NCBI GenBank assembly: GCA_965216035.1 | Contig: CBDCFM010000018.1 | Location: forward strand, 256,134 to 320,133 | Direction: 5' to 3' | Origin: Terriglobia bacterium | GTDB lineage: Bacteria > Acidobacteriota > Terriglobia > 20CM-2-55-15 | DNA length: 64,000 bases | Shown: positions 47,217 to 56,123 of the stretch, one piece after another | Position numbering within the stretch: the first letter of the stretch is position 1 | Layout: each line of letters starts with the position of its first letter | Notes under the pieces: model-generated | What the model saw: only the letters and a program-made list of their open reading frames with translations | Told to the model about the DNA's origin: nothing | Databases searched by the model: none | Program-made: the position numbers and the translations under genes

Positions 47217-49634
47217 ATGAAATTACTTCGACTTGGATTGATCTGTATGTTCTTAACACCGTCAACCTTCGGCCAGTTGACTGCCCGAAATCCGGTCGAC
47301 GAACTGAAGGCCCATCTGGTTCTGGCCCTAGAGGAAGCACAGATCCCTCTCACATCCGATCAAGAGCAACAGTTGGCACTACTCATTGAAGAGCAACGTC
47401 AAGCTGCGGAGAACCTGTTCGGCGTGACGTGGGATTTCAGTCAGGGGCCGCCCCAGGGTGAGCAGAGGGACCAGGCCCTGGCCGGCATCCGCTGGATGTA
47501 TGACGAGTTGAATAATGGGCTTCCCGTTTACCTGACCGAGGTGCAGAGAGTCGCATGGGAGAGTTACCAGAGCGATCAGAACGTGGACTTTTATATAGGG
47601 GAGGGTTCTGCGGACGACGGTACCCAGATTGGAAGAATTCAACAGATTCGCGTGACAAACAACCCTTTCAATGTCGAAACCGGCCAGGCGAGTGGAGCGG
47701 GGCTGCGTGAAATGGGCACGAAAACAGAAGTGATCGAACGAGGCGGTGTCGGAGCCTTCCACGGCAGCCTTGCATCGACATTCCAAGACGAGTCGCTGAA
47801 TGCCCGCAATCCTTTCGCCCGCAATAAGCCACCCTACTATGAACGGACTATCGACGGAAATATCAGCGGCCCCATCATTGGAGACCGCCTCTCTCTAAAC
47901 TTCACGTTCAGCGACAATAAACAGGAGAACGTCGGCACTGTTAAGGCGGAAACACCAACTGGACCATTTTCTCTGGGCGTGACCCGGCCCGTGGTGAACC
48001 GGTCTTACGAGACCCGGGGCATACTCCGGATCGCCGACGCTCACTCGCTACACATGAGTTTCCAATACGCCACCGAAGATCGTAAGAATGAAAACGTCGG
48101 TGATTTCGCATTGCCCGAACGCGCCTCACGATCACAAACACAGGACTACATGGTCGATCTTCGCGAAATCTGGACCCTGTCCGAGCGAACCGTCCATGAC
48201 ATCCGATTTATATGGCGACAAGATCATAGCGAGACCAATCCCTTCAGTAATGCCCAAGCGATCATTGTCAAGGACGCGTTCACGGGAGGCGGGGCGCAGA
48301 ATGAGCGCCGGGTGGATGGAAATGATTACGAATTGTCCAATCTGATTTACTTTGCCGGGGATAAACTGACCGTTCGGAGTGGATTTCAGATGCTGCACCG
48401 GAGTGAACGCTCAATCTCGGAAGACAACTTCTACGGCGAATTCACGTTTTCCGACCTAAACAGTTATCGCGCTGGAACACCGCTGCACTACAGGGAGACG
48501 TGTTGCGATCCTTTGTTCGAATTGAGCCGCACACAGATCAGCCTTTTTTCTCAGAACGATTTCAGACTGTCAAACACATTCACGCTGATGCTGGGCGTAC
48601 GCTACCAGGGACAAACCAACATCAGCGATCGGGGTAATGTGGATCCACGGATCGGCTTCGCATACGCGATCGGGAATGAGACTGTCATCCGAGGCGGCTT
48701 CGGTGTGTTTTCCCAGTGGGTCAATTTCAATACGATTGCGAATACGCGTCTCGATGGGCAGCGGGTATACGAAATCCGGATCGACAATCCAGGGTGGCCG
48801 GACCCGTTCGCATCGGGCAGCATCCGGCCTCGATCCCGTCGTCAGATTGCCCCGGATATGGAAATGGCCTATTTCCCAACAGGACAAATAGGCGTGGAAC
48901 GTAGTTTTTCCAACAATCTTTTTATAACCCTGTCTTACGAGTACCTTTGGGCTTTCAAGCCAGTCCGACCACGGGACGTCAATGCGCCGTTACCAGAGAC
49001 GGGCATCAGGCCCAATCCCAACGAAGGCCAGGTTCTTCAATTCCAGAGCAGTGGCCGGTCAAAGTATGATCGTTGGAGGGCCTCACTGAGGCAGCGGTTC
49101 GGCATCTTCGTAGTCAATGCAGACTACAACTACGTACGCGGGGTCGGTGATCAGGCAGATCGGAGGGGCTTCAGAGTGTTTTCGCCTGTCGACAGCTATG
49201 ACCTTAATAAGGATTGGGGTAATACACCAAATCCGCGCCACATCTTCAGCGCAGGCGTTAATGCCAGGTTGCCATTGGATGTCTACTTGACGACAGGCAT
49301 CGAAGCACGGAGCGGTGGTTTTTACACCATCAGGACCGGGAAGGACGACAACGGGGATGGAGTGAGCAATGACCGGCCCCCCGGCGTTGTCAAAAATAGC
49401 GAGGTCGGACCGGGCTATTTCGACGTCGGCTTCAACTTCTCAAAAGCATTTGAGTTGAACTCCGGTACTGGAGCCGCCGGGCCTCAAATGAACGTCTTCG
49501 CAAATTTGAACAATGCTTTCAACATGCAACATCCAGGATTGCCCAGCGGGGTCGTGACTTCTCCGTTCTTCATGCGGTCCTTCAATGCGACCTCACCGCG
49601 CACAATCGAATTTGGAATGGAATTTCAGTTTTAG
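47217..49634 (+). CDS. TonB-dependent receptor-like outer-membrane protein with a helical N-terminal extension (paralog 2)
   Basis: Signal peptide MKLLRLGLICMFLTPSTFGQ. Colinear with 6027-8474 (QLTARNPVDELK...LTSDQEQQLALLIEEQRQAAENLFGVTWDFSQGPPQGEQRDQALAGIRWMYDEL identical or nearly so, plug motif LNARNPFA, C-terminus RTIEFGMEFQF). Confidence 0.75.
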   Translation: MKLLRLGLICMFLTPSTFGQLTARNPVDELKAHLVLALEEAQIPLTSDQEQQLALLIEEQRQAAENLFGVTWDFSQGPPQGEQRDQALAGIRWMYDELNNGLPVYLTEVQRVAWESYQSDQNVDFYIGEGSADDGTQIGRIQQIRVTNNPFNVETGQASGAGLREMGTKTEVIERGGVGAFHGSLASTFQDESLNARNPFARNKPPYYERTIDGNISGPIIGDRLSLNFTFSDNKQENVGTVKAETPTGPFSLGVTRPVVNRSYETRGILRIADAHSLHMSFQYATEDRKNENVGDFALPERASRSQTQDYMVDLREIWTLSERTVHDIRFIWRQDHSETNPFSNAQAIIVKDAFTGGGAQNERRVDGNDYELSNLIYFAGDKLTVRSGFQMLHRSERSISEDNFYGEFTFSDLNSYRAGTPLHYRETCCDPLFELSRTQISLFSQNDFRLSNTFTLMLGVRYQGQTNISDRGNVDPRIGFAYAIGNETVIRGGFGVFSQWVNFNTIANTRLDGQRVYEIRIDNPGWPDPFASGSIRPRSRRQIAPDMEMAYFPTGQIGVERSFSNNLFITLSYEYLWAFKPVRPRDVNAPLPETGIRPNPNEGQVLQFQSSGRSKYDRWRASLRQRFGIFVVNADYNYVRGVGDQADRRGFRVFSPVDSYDLNKDWGNTPNPRHIFSAGVNARLPLDVYLTTGIEARSGGFYTIRTGKDDNGDGVSNDRPPGVVKNSEVGPGYFDVGFNFSKAFELNSGTGAAGPQMNVFANLNNAFNMQHPGLPSGVVTSPFFMRSFNATSPRTIEFGMEFQF

Positions 49635-49786
49635 AGTTGACGCTGTTTCGTCTGAGCCCAACTGCCCCGTCAGACTCTGGAGTTTGCAACTCCAGCAGAG
49701 ACATTTAATGCGTGTGTTGTATCGACCTGTTGAAAAGGCACGCCTTACCGGAAAAGTGCCCGCAAACGAACTCACGCCGGATTAGT

Positions 49787-49862
49787 CCCCCCCTTGTCGC
49801 CAAGGGTTTACCCATCCTGCGGTAGTGAATAGCTCTACCCTTCGGCGTTTATCGCGGGTAAT
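49787..49862 (+). repeat. intergenic repeat family, copy 1 (C7 + CTTGTCGCCAAGGGTTTACCCATCCTGCGGTAGTGAATAGCTCTACCCTTCGGCGTTTATCGCGGGTAAT)
   Basis: Exact 56-nt identity with copy 3 (62347-62407). 4 mismatches versus copy 2 (55934-56002), which also shares the TTTATCGCGGGTAAT tail. All three are in the same orientation. Lies between convergent genes. Confidence 0.7.
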
Positions 49863-49985
49863 CCCACCGGCGTTGCTCCCAAGCATAAGTACGGTTTGGC
49901 GCTATAGCATACGCCAGCGGGTCCGACGCTGGTCCCGATTTGGCTGTTACAGGCCATTAGTCCGCTGACTTATTCGTCGGCCGTG

Positions 49986-51584
49986 TCAGTTCAGACCGGC
50001 CAGCCATTCGGCGTACTCCACCGCCGCGAAGCGTGCCGCAGTGTCGGGCTCGCGGGCGATTTGGTCCAGAAGCGCGGTTTGAGGCGCTCCCTGGGGATCG
50101 AGATGAAGCCTGTAATATCCGCGGCTGTGCAGGAAGACTGTGCGCGTCATTCCCGTTGCGACGGGTTCTGGAGCGCGAAAGCGCATCGTGGCGCGGTTGC
50201 TCGTCTGCGGCATCTCGTAATACCGGTCATCGTCGTCGCTCACCAGTGCCAGAACGTCTCGTCCTGTCTCTTCCGGGGCTTCGAACGGCGCCAGAGTTTC
50301 CACGTGGATGTTCGCGTCGGCACTGAAATCGAGGGCTATGGTGTTGATGGCCCAGAATCCCACAGGGGGTCTCAGCTGCAGCATGATTTCGCTATCCGGT
50401 GTGTCGCTCAGATCAATCCGAACTGCACGGTCTTCAACACTATACGGTCCGCCGCCTGGCAGCACACCCGCGAACGTCCAGCCGGAATCGTTTTCCAGGA
50501 AGACCTTCAGTGCGTAAAGGTCCTCGCGAAGGGTCCAGGCGCTCAGTAAATCGACGGCCAGCGGATTTGTGTCGAGTGCCCCATAGAACAGCGGAAGCTC
50601 ACGGCCCCGGAGCTGAAGAAGCGTTCTGATCATTTGCGATCCCCAGAGCCCGGTTCCCGCGTTCGCCACCAGTTTTGCTTCGCGGGCGCCGACAGGCTTG
50701 CGGAAGGTCAGGTTGATTTCGCCGCGCACGTTACCGTCGGCGTCGGCGACTGCCGGAGGCTCCCAGATCAGGCCATCGCGCGCGGCGAGCCAGGGACTCA
50801 GATCCTGCCCGTCGCCGTCCCATGCCTTTAAAGCCGTCTCGGGGACTCCGACGGTATGAAAGCGTCCTTCGATATCCGTAATCACCCGGGTGCCCAGCGG
50901 ATGGTCGACTACCTGCAGTTCGACGAGATTCGAGAATTGCGTTTCTTCCTGTTCGTTGGTCAACAGAAGCCGATACTCGCCGCCCACGCTCACCATGTGT
51001 TCGAGTTCGGATAGGTCGTTGCGCTCGAGACCCCTGGTTGTTGCGCCCCCATAGGGTTCCGCATCAAAGACATATCTGGTGCCATCCCAGGAATAAACAA
51101 ACGGGCATGACTGAGAGGATGGTGGAGCTGGAGCTGGAGCTGGAGCTGGAGCTGGAGATTCATCTCGAGAGTTAACGGCCACCACGATCAAGGCGGCTGT
51201 GGCCGCAGCTACCGCAGCCACCAAGGCTACTGTACGTACCGTAGATCCTTCTCTCCGTTCCACCCAGACGTGTTGGACTCGATCCAGTGTCGTTTCGAAC
51301 TGTTGGCTCATCACGAACGCTTGGACGATCATGTCTCGAAGATCAGGTCCCGTCCTCCGAAGTCTTGCAGGTGGGTCACGGTCAAAACGAACCTCCTGGC
51401 CATCGACTGTTGTGACCCCGACGATAGCTTGAGCAATAGTCACCTGGTCGGGATCCACTTGCCGGACTCTTCTCACCGTGCACGCGGTAACTTCCGCGAC
51501 CAGTATTAAGATCAACGGGAGAGTGATGAAACGACGCATTCGTTTCCAGTCAAGGTACATGATTGGCCTCCAAGGTGCGCTCAT
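49986..51584 (-). CDS. hypothetical membrane/lipoprotein with an internal (Pro-Ala)n linker
   Basis: 532 aa. N-terminal lipobox-like ILILVAEVTAC, a second TM segment (VALVAAVAAATAALIVVAV) followed by PAPAPAPAPAPAPP. No recognised domain. An alternative start at MRRFITLPL (51539) is possible. Confidence 0.5.
   Translation of the reverse strand: MSAPWRPIMYLDWKRMRRFITLPLILILVAEVTACTVRRVRQVDPDQVTIAQAIVGVTTVDGQEVRFDRDPPARLRRTGPDLRDMIVQAFVMSQQFETTLDRVQHVWVERREGSTVRTVALVAAVAAATAALIVVAVNSRDESPAPAPAPAPAPPSSQSCPFVYSWDGTRYVFDAEPYGGATTRGLERNDLSELEHMVSVGGEYRLLLTNEQEETQFSNLVELQVVDHPLGTRVITDIEGRFHTVGVPETALKAWDGDGQDLSPWLAARDGLIWEPPAVADADGNVRGEINLTFRKPVGAREAKLVANAGTGLWGSQMIRTLLQLRGRELPLFYGALDTNPLAVDLLSAWTLREDLYALKVFLENDSGWTFAGVLPGGGPYSVEDRAVRIDLSDTPDSEIMLQLRPPVGFWAINTIALDFSADANIHVETLAPFEAPEETGRDVLALVSDDDDRYYEMPQTSNRATMRFRAPEPVATGMTRTVFLHSRGYYRLHLDPQGAPQTALLDQIAREPDTAARFAAVEYAEWLAGLN
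51123..51157 (-). repeat. hexanucleotide tandem repeat (TGGAGC)x5.8 encoding (Pro-Ala)n
   Basis: Perfect tandem TGGAGC units on the plus strand (GCTCCA on the coding strand) inside CDS 49986-51584. Confidence 0.85.
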
Positions 51585-52333
51585 CGCAGGGAAAGTCCGC
51601 CGTCCGCGATGATCGTCTGGCCGTAGATCCAGGCCGAAGCCGGATTGGCCAAAAACGTAACTATGTTCGCGAGATCGGCCGGCTGTGCAATCCGGCCGGC
51701 AGGAGTGCGCTCCAGAATTTCCCGGGACATCGTTTCAAACTGAGGATAGTTCTTCATTGAGTCGGTTTCGACGAAGCCACCGCTGACGGCGTTCACGCGG
51801 ATGCCGCGCGGAGCAAGTTCCACAGCCAGGTACCGCACGAGCGATTCCAATGCGGACTTTGCCACCCCTAAGACCCCGTAGTTTGGCGTGACCCTCGTAC
51901 TGCCGAGGCTCGACAGGGCGATGATACTTCCTTGATTCATCAAGGATGCACACTCTTGAGCGCAAAGAAGGAACCCACGGGCCCCGACATTCATCGTAAG
52001 GTCCCACTGGTTGGGCTTGACCTCGATCGTGGGTTTGAATGAACCCAGTGCGGCACAGTGAACAAACACGTCGAGAGCTCCCGCACAGTCCCTCACGGTT
52101 TCAAACAGGTTCTGCACCTGGTCGGGGTACTGGAGATTCGCCCGCACCAAGACGCATTCAGCGCCGTTCGCGCTGACGAGGGCCCGGGTTCGTTCAGCCT
52201 CGGCTTCATTCTGGACATAGTTGACAATGACGGTCCTGGCCCGCTCCGAAGCGAACGCCAGAGCCACTGCGCGCCCGATCCCTCGCGAACCTCCGGAGAC
52301 AAGAACAGTCTCAGTCCTGGCGATATCTGTCAC
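51581..52333 (-). CDS. SDR family oxidoreductase (3-oxoacyl-ACP reductase FabG-like)
   Basis: TGxxxGIG in VLVSGGSRGIGRA. Catalytic region SSLGSTRVTPNYGVLGVAKSALE (YxxxK). 4-nt overlap with the upstream ACP gene. Confidence 0.8.
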   Translation of the reverse strand: MTDIARTETVLVSGGSRGIGRAVALAFASERARTVIVNYVQNEAEAERTRALVSANGAECVLVRANLQYPDQVQNLFETVRDCAGALDVFVHCAALGSFKPTIEVKPNQWDLTMNVGARGFLLCAQECASLMNQGSIIALSSLGSTRVTPNYGVLGVAKSALESLVRYLAVELAPRGIRVNAVSGGFVETDSMKNYPQFETMSREILERTPAGRIAQPADLANIVTFLANPASAWIYGQTIIADGGLSLR

Positions 52334-52629
52334 GGGGTTCTCTTCCGGGCAAGGTACCGCGACAGAAAGTCCTCAAGTGTTCCGACGGTAAGTTCGTTTT
52401 CGGATTCAGCCGCTGGCGAGGAGTCGCCGAAGGTCGCCGGAAGCTGGTCGGGATCCACAACCAGTCCGAATTCGCTCTCGATCCGGAACCGGATATCGAG
52501 CAGATCGATGGATTCGGCCCCGAGATCACCAAAGATTCTTGCCTCGCGCCTTACCTTCTCGGGTGCGACAGACAGCGCCTCCGCAATGATGCGTGAAAGG
52601 ACAGGCATTACGTCTTTATCGTTTGTCAT
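52330..52629 (-). CDS. acyl carrier protein (with about 20-aa C-terminal extension)
   Basis: Start at [19 protein letters not shown] (ATG 52629, overlapping the KAS stop as ATGA). Phosphopantetheine site [12 protein letters not shown] (DSL-type motif with Ser). Confidence 0.8.
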   Translation of the reverse strand: MTNDKDVMPVLSRIIAEALSVAPEKVRREARIFGDLGAESIDLLDIRFRIESEFGLVVDPDQLPATFGDSSPAAESENELTVGTLEDFLSRYLARKRTP

Positions 52630-52816
52630 GTTCCAATCGCTTGGCGATGTTGGGCAATCCGTCTCGCTACCAGGCAGGCGTTCTGTCCTCCAAAGCCGAA
52701 TGAATTTGAAAGGACAACGTCGAGCCGGGTTTCGCGCGACTGGTTGGGCACGTAGTCCAGATCGCACACCGGATCCGGTTCAGCATAGTTAATTGTCGGC
52801 GGGACGCATTGATGTT
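52626..52816 (-). pseudogene. 3' fragment of beta-ketoacyl-ACP synthase gene separated from its body by IS630 insertion
   Basis: Minus-strand translation [63 protein letters not shown] is the canonical KAS C-terminus (PPTIN...CDLD(Y/F)VPN...SNSFGFGG(T/Q)NA). Stop TGA overlaps the ACP ATG. Confidence 0.8.
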
Positions 52817-53973
52817 CTAGTGTAGTCCGTCACAGTTAATGTAACTTATTCAGCTTTCCTACGTCTGAGTATATATGAGGAGAGCACCGACGATTAAATT
52901 GGACATTCCTGTGCGGAAGGAACTGGAGCGACTGAGCCGAAGCCGCAGTGTGGCGGTCCGGTTGGCGGAACGATCTCGAATTGTCTTGCTGGCCGCCGGG
53001 GGTCTGGACAATCAGGAGATCGCTGCCAAGTTGGACATCACTCGTCAAAAGGCCGGACGTTGGCGCGATCGTTTCGTTGAAGATGGCCTCGGGGGAATCG
53101 AAAAGGACGCTTCCCGCAGTGGACGGATTCCCTCGATCGGCCGCCGGAAGCGGGCCCGGATCGTGAAGAAGACGGTCGAAGGGAAGCCTCCGAACGCCAC
53201 GCACTGGAGCCGGTCCTTGATGGCCAGGGCAACCGGCGTCAGCGAGTCCACGGTAGGGAGAATCTGGCGGGCTCATGGCTTGAAGCCTCATCTGGCACGC
53301 ACCTTCAAACTTTCCAACGACAAACAATTTGTCGAGAAGTTGGAGGATGTGGTCGGTTTGTATCTGAACCCTCCGGAAAACGCCATTGTTTTGTCCTGCG
53401 ATGAGAAGAGCCAGATGCAGGCCCTGGACCGCACGCAACCCGGGTTACCTCTGAAGAAGGGGCGGTGCGGCACCCTCACCCACGACTACAAACGCAACGG
53501 GACGACCACGATGTTCGCCGCGCTCAATACGCTGGACGGCTCGATTATCGGGACCTGTATGCCGAAGCATCGTCATCAGGAATGGATCCGGTTTCTCAAT
53601 CAGATCAAACGTTCCGTGCCGAAAGACAAACAGATCCATATCATTTGCGACAACTACGCCACGCACAAACATCAGAAAGTCGTCAACTGGTTGAAGCGCA
53701 ACACGCGCTTTCATGTGCACTTCACACCGACCAGTGCATCCTGGCTGAACATGGTCGAACGCTTCTTCCGGGATCTTTCCGAACAACGGCTTCGGCGCGG
53801 GGTTTTCCATTCGGTTCCTGAGCTAATCCAGGCCGTGGAGGAATATGTCGGGGGTCACAATCAGAACCCGAAGCCCTTCATTTGGACCGCAACGGCTTCC
53901 GATATTCTTGAAAAAGTTCAACGTGCCCGAAAGAAGCTCGATAAGTTACAGTCTGTTTGACGGGGACCACTAG
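52817..53973 (+). mobile_element. IS630-family insertion sequence (complete), inserted in the KAS gene
   Basis: Imperfect terminal inverted repeats CTAGTGTAGTCCGTCACAG (left) / CTAGTGGTCCCCGTCAAACAG (right, reverse complement). Flanked by a duplicated TA inside CTAG. Removing the element restores ...GCC CTA GAA CAT CAA TGC... (A-L-E-H-Q-C), a contiguous KAS reading frame. Single 361-aa transposase ORF inside. Confidence 0.8.
52875..53960 (+). CDS. IS630 family transposase (Tc1/mariner superfamily)
   Basis: N-terminal HTH region. DDE(D) core with HIICDNYATHKHQKVVNWL...HVHFTPTSASWLNMVERFF, characteristic of IS630. Confidence 0.9.
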   Translation: MRRAPTIKLDIPVRKELERLSRSRSVAVRLAERSRIVLLAAGGLDNQEIAAKLDITRQKAGRWRDRFVEDGLGGIEKDASRSGRIPSIGRRKRARIVKKTVEGKPPNATHWSRSLMARATGVSESTVGRIWRAHGLKPHLARTFKLSNDKQFVEKLEDVVGLYLNPPENAIVLSCDEKSQMQALDRTQPGLPLKKGRCGTLTHDYKRNGTTTMFAALNTLDGSIIGTCMPKHRHQEWIRFLNQIKRSVPKDKQIHIICDNYATHKHQKVVNWLKRNTRFHVHFTPTSASWLNMVERFFRDLSEQRLRRGVFHSVPELIQAVEEYVGGHNQNPKPFIWTATASDILEKVQRARKKLDKLQSV

Positions 53974-55107
53974 GGCCAGCACACACGCGGCGAATTCGAC
54001 CGATCCCGCGGCGGCGACCAGGTGTCCGATCATAGACTTCGTCGAACTGACAGGCGGGGGCTGGGTTGAGTCGCCGAAGACACTCCTGATCGCATTCGTT
54101 TCCGCTTTGTCGTTCATGCGCGTGCCCGTGCCATGCGCGTTGATGTAGTCTACGTTCTCTGGCCCGATCCCCCCATTCGCCAATGCCCCCCTCATCGCTT
54201 CGACCGAGCCTCGCCCGTCGGGAGGTTCGTCGGTAAGACGATAGGCGTCGCATGTGCTGGCGTATCCAACGACCTCCGCGTATGGGCGACCCCCTCGGCG
54301 CTGGCAGAATTCGTGATCTTCAAGAATCAGAATGGCAGCCCCTTCACCCAGCAGAAACCCATCTCGACGGCGATCGAAGGGGCGCGCGGCAGTCAGGTAT
54401 TGGTCGTTGTTACGAGAAAGGACCCCAAGTGCGCTGAACGCCAAGAGCCCAGGTGGATTAATCATGGAGTCGGTCCCACCGCAGATCATGACTTCGGCCC
54501 CGCCCGTCTGCACTTGACGAAAGGCTTCGCCGATGGCCTGTGCCGAAGACGTGCATGCCGTCGCAACGGTCAGGCACGGTCCGCGAGCATCGTGGTTGAT
54601 GGCGATATGAGCGGCCGTCAAGTTTGGAAGCCCCCTCAGGGGCGTTATGGGGTTGATCTGCTGGATGGTCCTGCGCCACACGTCATTTGGATTGACGGAC
54701 CCTTCGGGTGACACAGAATCCGCGACGATCCGAATCGTTTCCAGGACATGGTCAAGGTCGCACAGCCCCAGTCCGCCGCAGCCCATGGATGTGCCGAGCT
54801 GGTAGGGATTCAGCTCGGACTCAGCCAGACCCGCATCGGCAATCGCCTCTTCCGTCGCAACTACCGCAAGCTTGATTGCACGCGACATGGTTTTCGCCGA
54901 CTTTCCGCTTGGAACGAGGCCGTCGAGTTCCGCCTCCGATATGGGTACCATGGCTGCAAACCGGGTGGGGAGGCCGCTCGTGTCGAACCGGGTGATGGGA
55001 GCGGCGGCGCTTCTGCCACAAGTGAGGCCTTCCCAGTAAGTGTTCCGACCCGCCCCAAACGGCGTCATCGCACCAATGCCCGTTACGACAACGCGGCGCG
55101 GCGTCAC
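53974..55107 (-). pseudogene. beta-ketoacyl-ACP synthase (KAS I/II-like) gene body truncated by IS630
   Basis: GTG start MTPRRVVVTGIGAMTPFGAG. Active-site region (ATACTSSAQAIGEAF with Cys), HGTGT and SSTKSMIGHLVAAAGSVEFAACVLAL. The reading frame then runs into IS sequence (VVPVKQTVTY...). The true C-terminus is at 52626-52816. Confidence 0.8.
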
Positions 55108-55601
55108 TATTGTCCGCTTCCGGGTGAATCGTTGGAGAACCCAACTCGTTCGGCATCTTTCAACAGGAACTCGTAAAACGACTCAACCATATGACGGGTC
55201 CTGAGTGGATAAAACTCGTTCACGTCCTTGAGTCCGAAGACAAGGCGAGCGTCCATCACTGGACGGTCTCCCACGTGAATCTTTGCTCGTGAACGAACGT
55301 GATCCGGCTTCCAAGATTCCACTACGACCTCAATGATCAACTGGTCACCCGGCCGCACGACAGCGCGAAATTTCGCGTTCTCGATCATTGTCAGGATCGC
55401 CTTATGCTCAAGATTGGACGAAGTTTCCACGAGCAACGTACCTGCTTGGGCGACGGATTCAACCATGAGGGCGCCAGGCATGACGGGAAAACCGACAAAA
55501 TGCTCCGCGTACACATCTTCCGCCAAACTCGTATTCTTGAGAGCCAGTATCCTCTCGCCGTGTTCGATGCGTATGACGCGGTCCAGTAACAGGTAGCGCA
55601 T
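55107..55601 (-). CDS. FabZ/FabA-like 3-hydroxyacyl-ACP dehydratase (hotdog fold)
   Basis: Block YAEHFVGFPVMPGALMVESVAQAG matches the FabZ active-site region (HFPG.PVMPGVL.IEA.AQ). Stop overlaps the KAS GTG start by 1 nt. Confidence 0.8.
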   Translation of the reverse strand: MRYLLLDRVIRIEHGERILALKNTSLAEDVYAEHFVGFPVMPGALMVESVAQAGTLLVETSSNLEHKAILTMIENAKFRAVVRPGDQLIIEVVVESWKPDHVRSRAKIHVGDRPVMDARLVFGLKDVNEFYPLRTRHMVESFYEFLLKDAERVGFSNDSPGSGQ

Positions 55602-55933
55602 TGGTACAAATGTAACGATCAGTGCGGGCCGAGTAAACTTAAACTTGTTGGAGTCGAACTACGGACTCCATACTCATGGTCGGCCCAGGAGAATTGAGCG
55701 ACAAAGCGAACTCGAATCCATTCGTGTGCCTCAACGTGCAGAATTGCCGGAGTTGGGCTAGAAGTTCCATGCGGTTCGTGGACTACACGCAAGGTGTGAG
55801 GAACACTATCTGGAGACTTGTGTTTCGATAGTTGGCTCACGGCAAGTTGAAATCGCCAATCTCCTTCTTGAGACTCAGTGGCTCTAGCGGAAACGCCGTG
55901 GAGTGCCTTGCGAAAGGCAAGATTAGTAACGAG

Positions 55934-56002
55934 TAGTCGCCAAGGGTTTACCCATCCTGCGGAAGCGAATGGCTCTACACTTCGGCGTTTATCGCGGGTA
56001 AT
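55934..56002 (+). repeat. intergenic repeat family, copy 2
   Basis: GTCGCCAAGGGTTTACCCATCCTGCGGAAGCGAATGGCTCTACACTTCGGCGTTTATCGCGGGTAAT. 4 substitutions versus copies 1 and 3. Lacks the poly-C. About 330 nt upstream of the FabZ-like gene start. Confidence 0.65.
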
Positions 56003-56123
56003 CTAATGAAGGTGATGGCCTTCCCAAGCCCGCGGCGGCCTGATTCTGGTCGGAAAGAACGGTGCATCGTGCTTTCTGGCGGATCTCGGTTTGCCGTCGC
56101 GCCGGGTGCACCTATTGTGCTCG

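Noticed and set aside
49787-49862. Possibility that the intergenic repeat is a tRNA or tRNA fragment, or a CRISPR repeat
   Set aside because: No T-loop (GTTCGAATC-like) or cloverleaf arrangement. Copies are 6-7 kb apart and not in a spacer array, so not CRISPR.
51123-51157. Hexanucleotide tandem repeat as a CRISPR-like or non-coding array
   Set aside because: Units are 6 nt with no spacers and lie in-frame within a CDS, encoding a Pro-Ala linker.
54133-54711. 192-aa plus-strand ORF
   Set aside because: Antisense within the KAS gene body.
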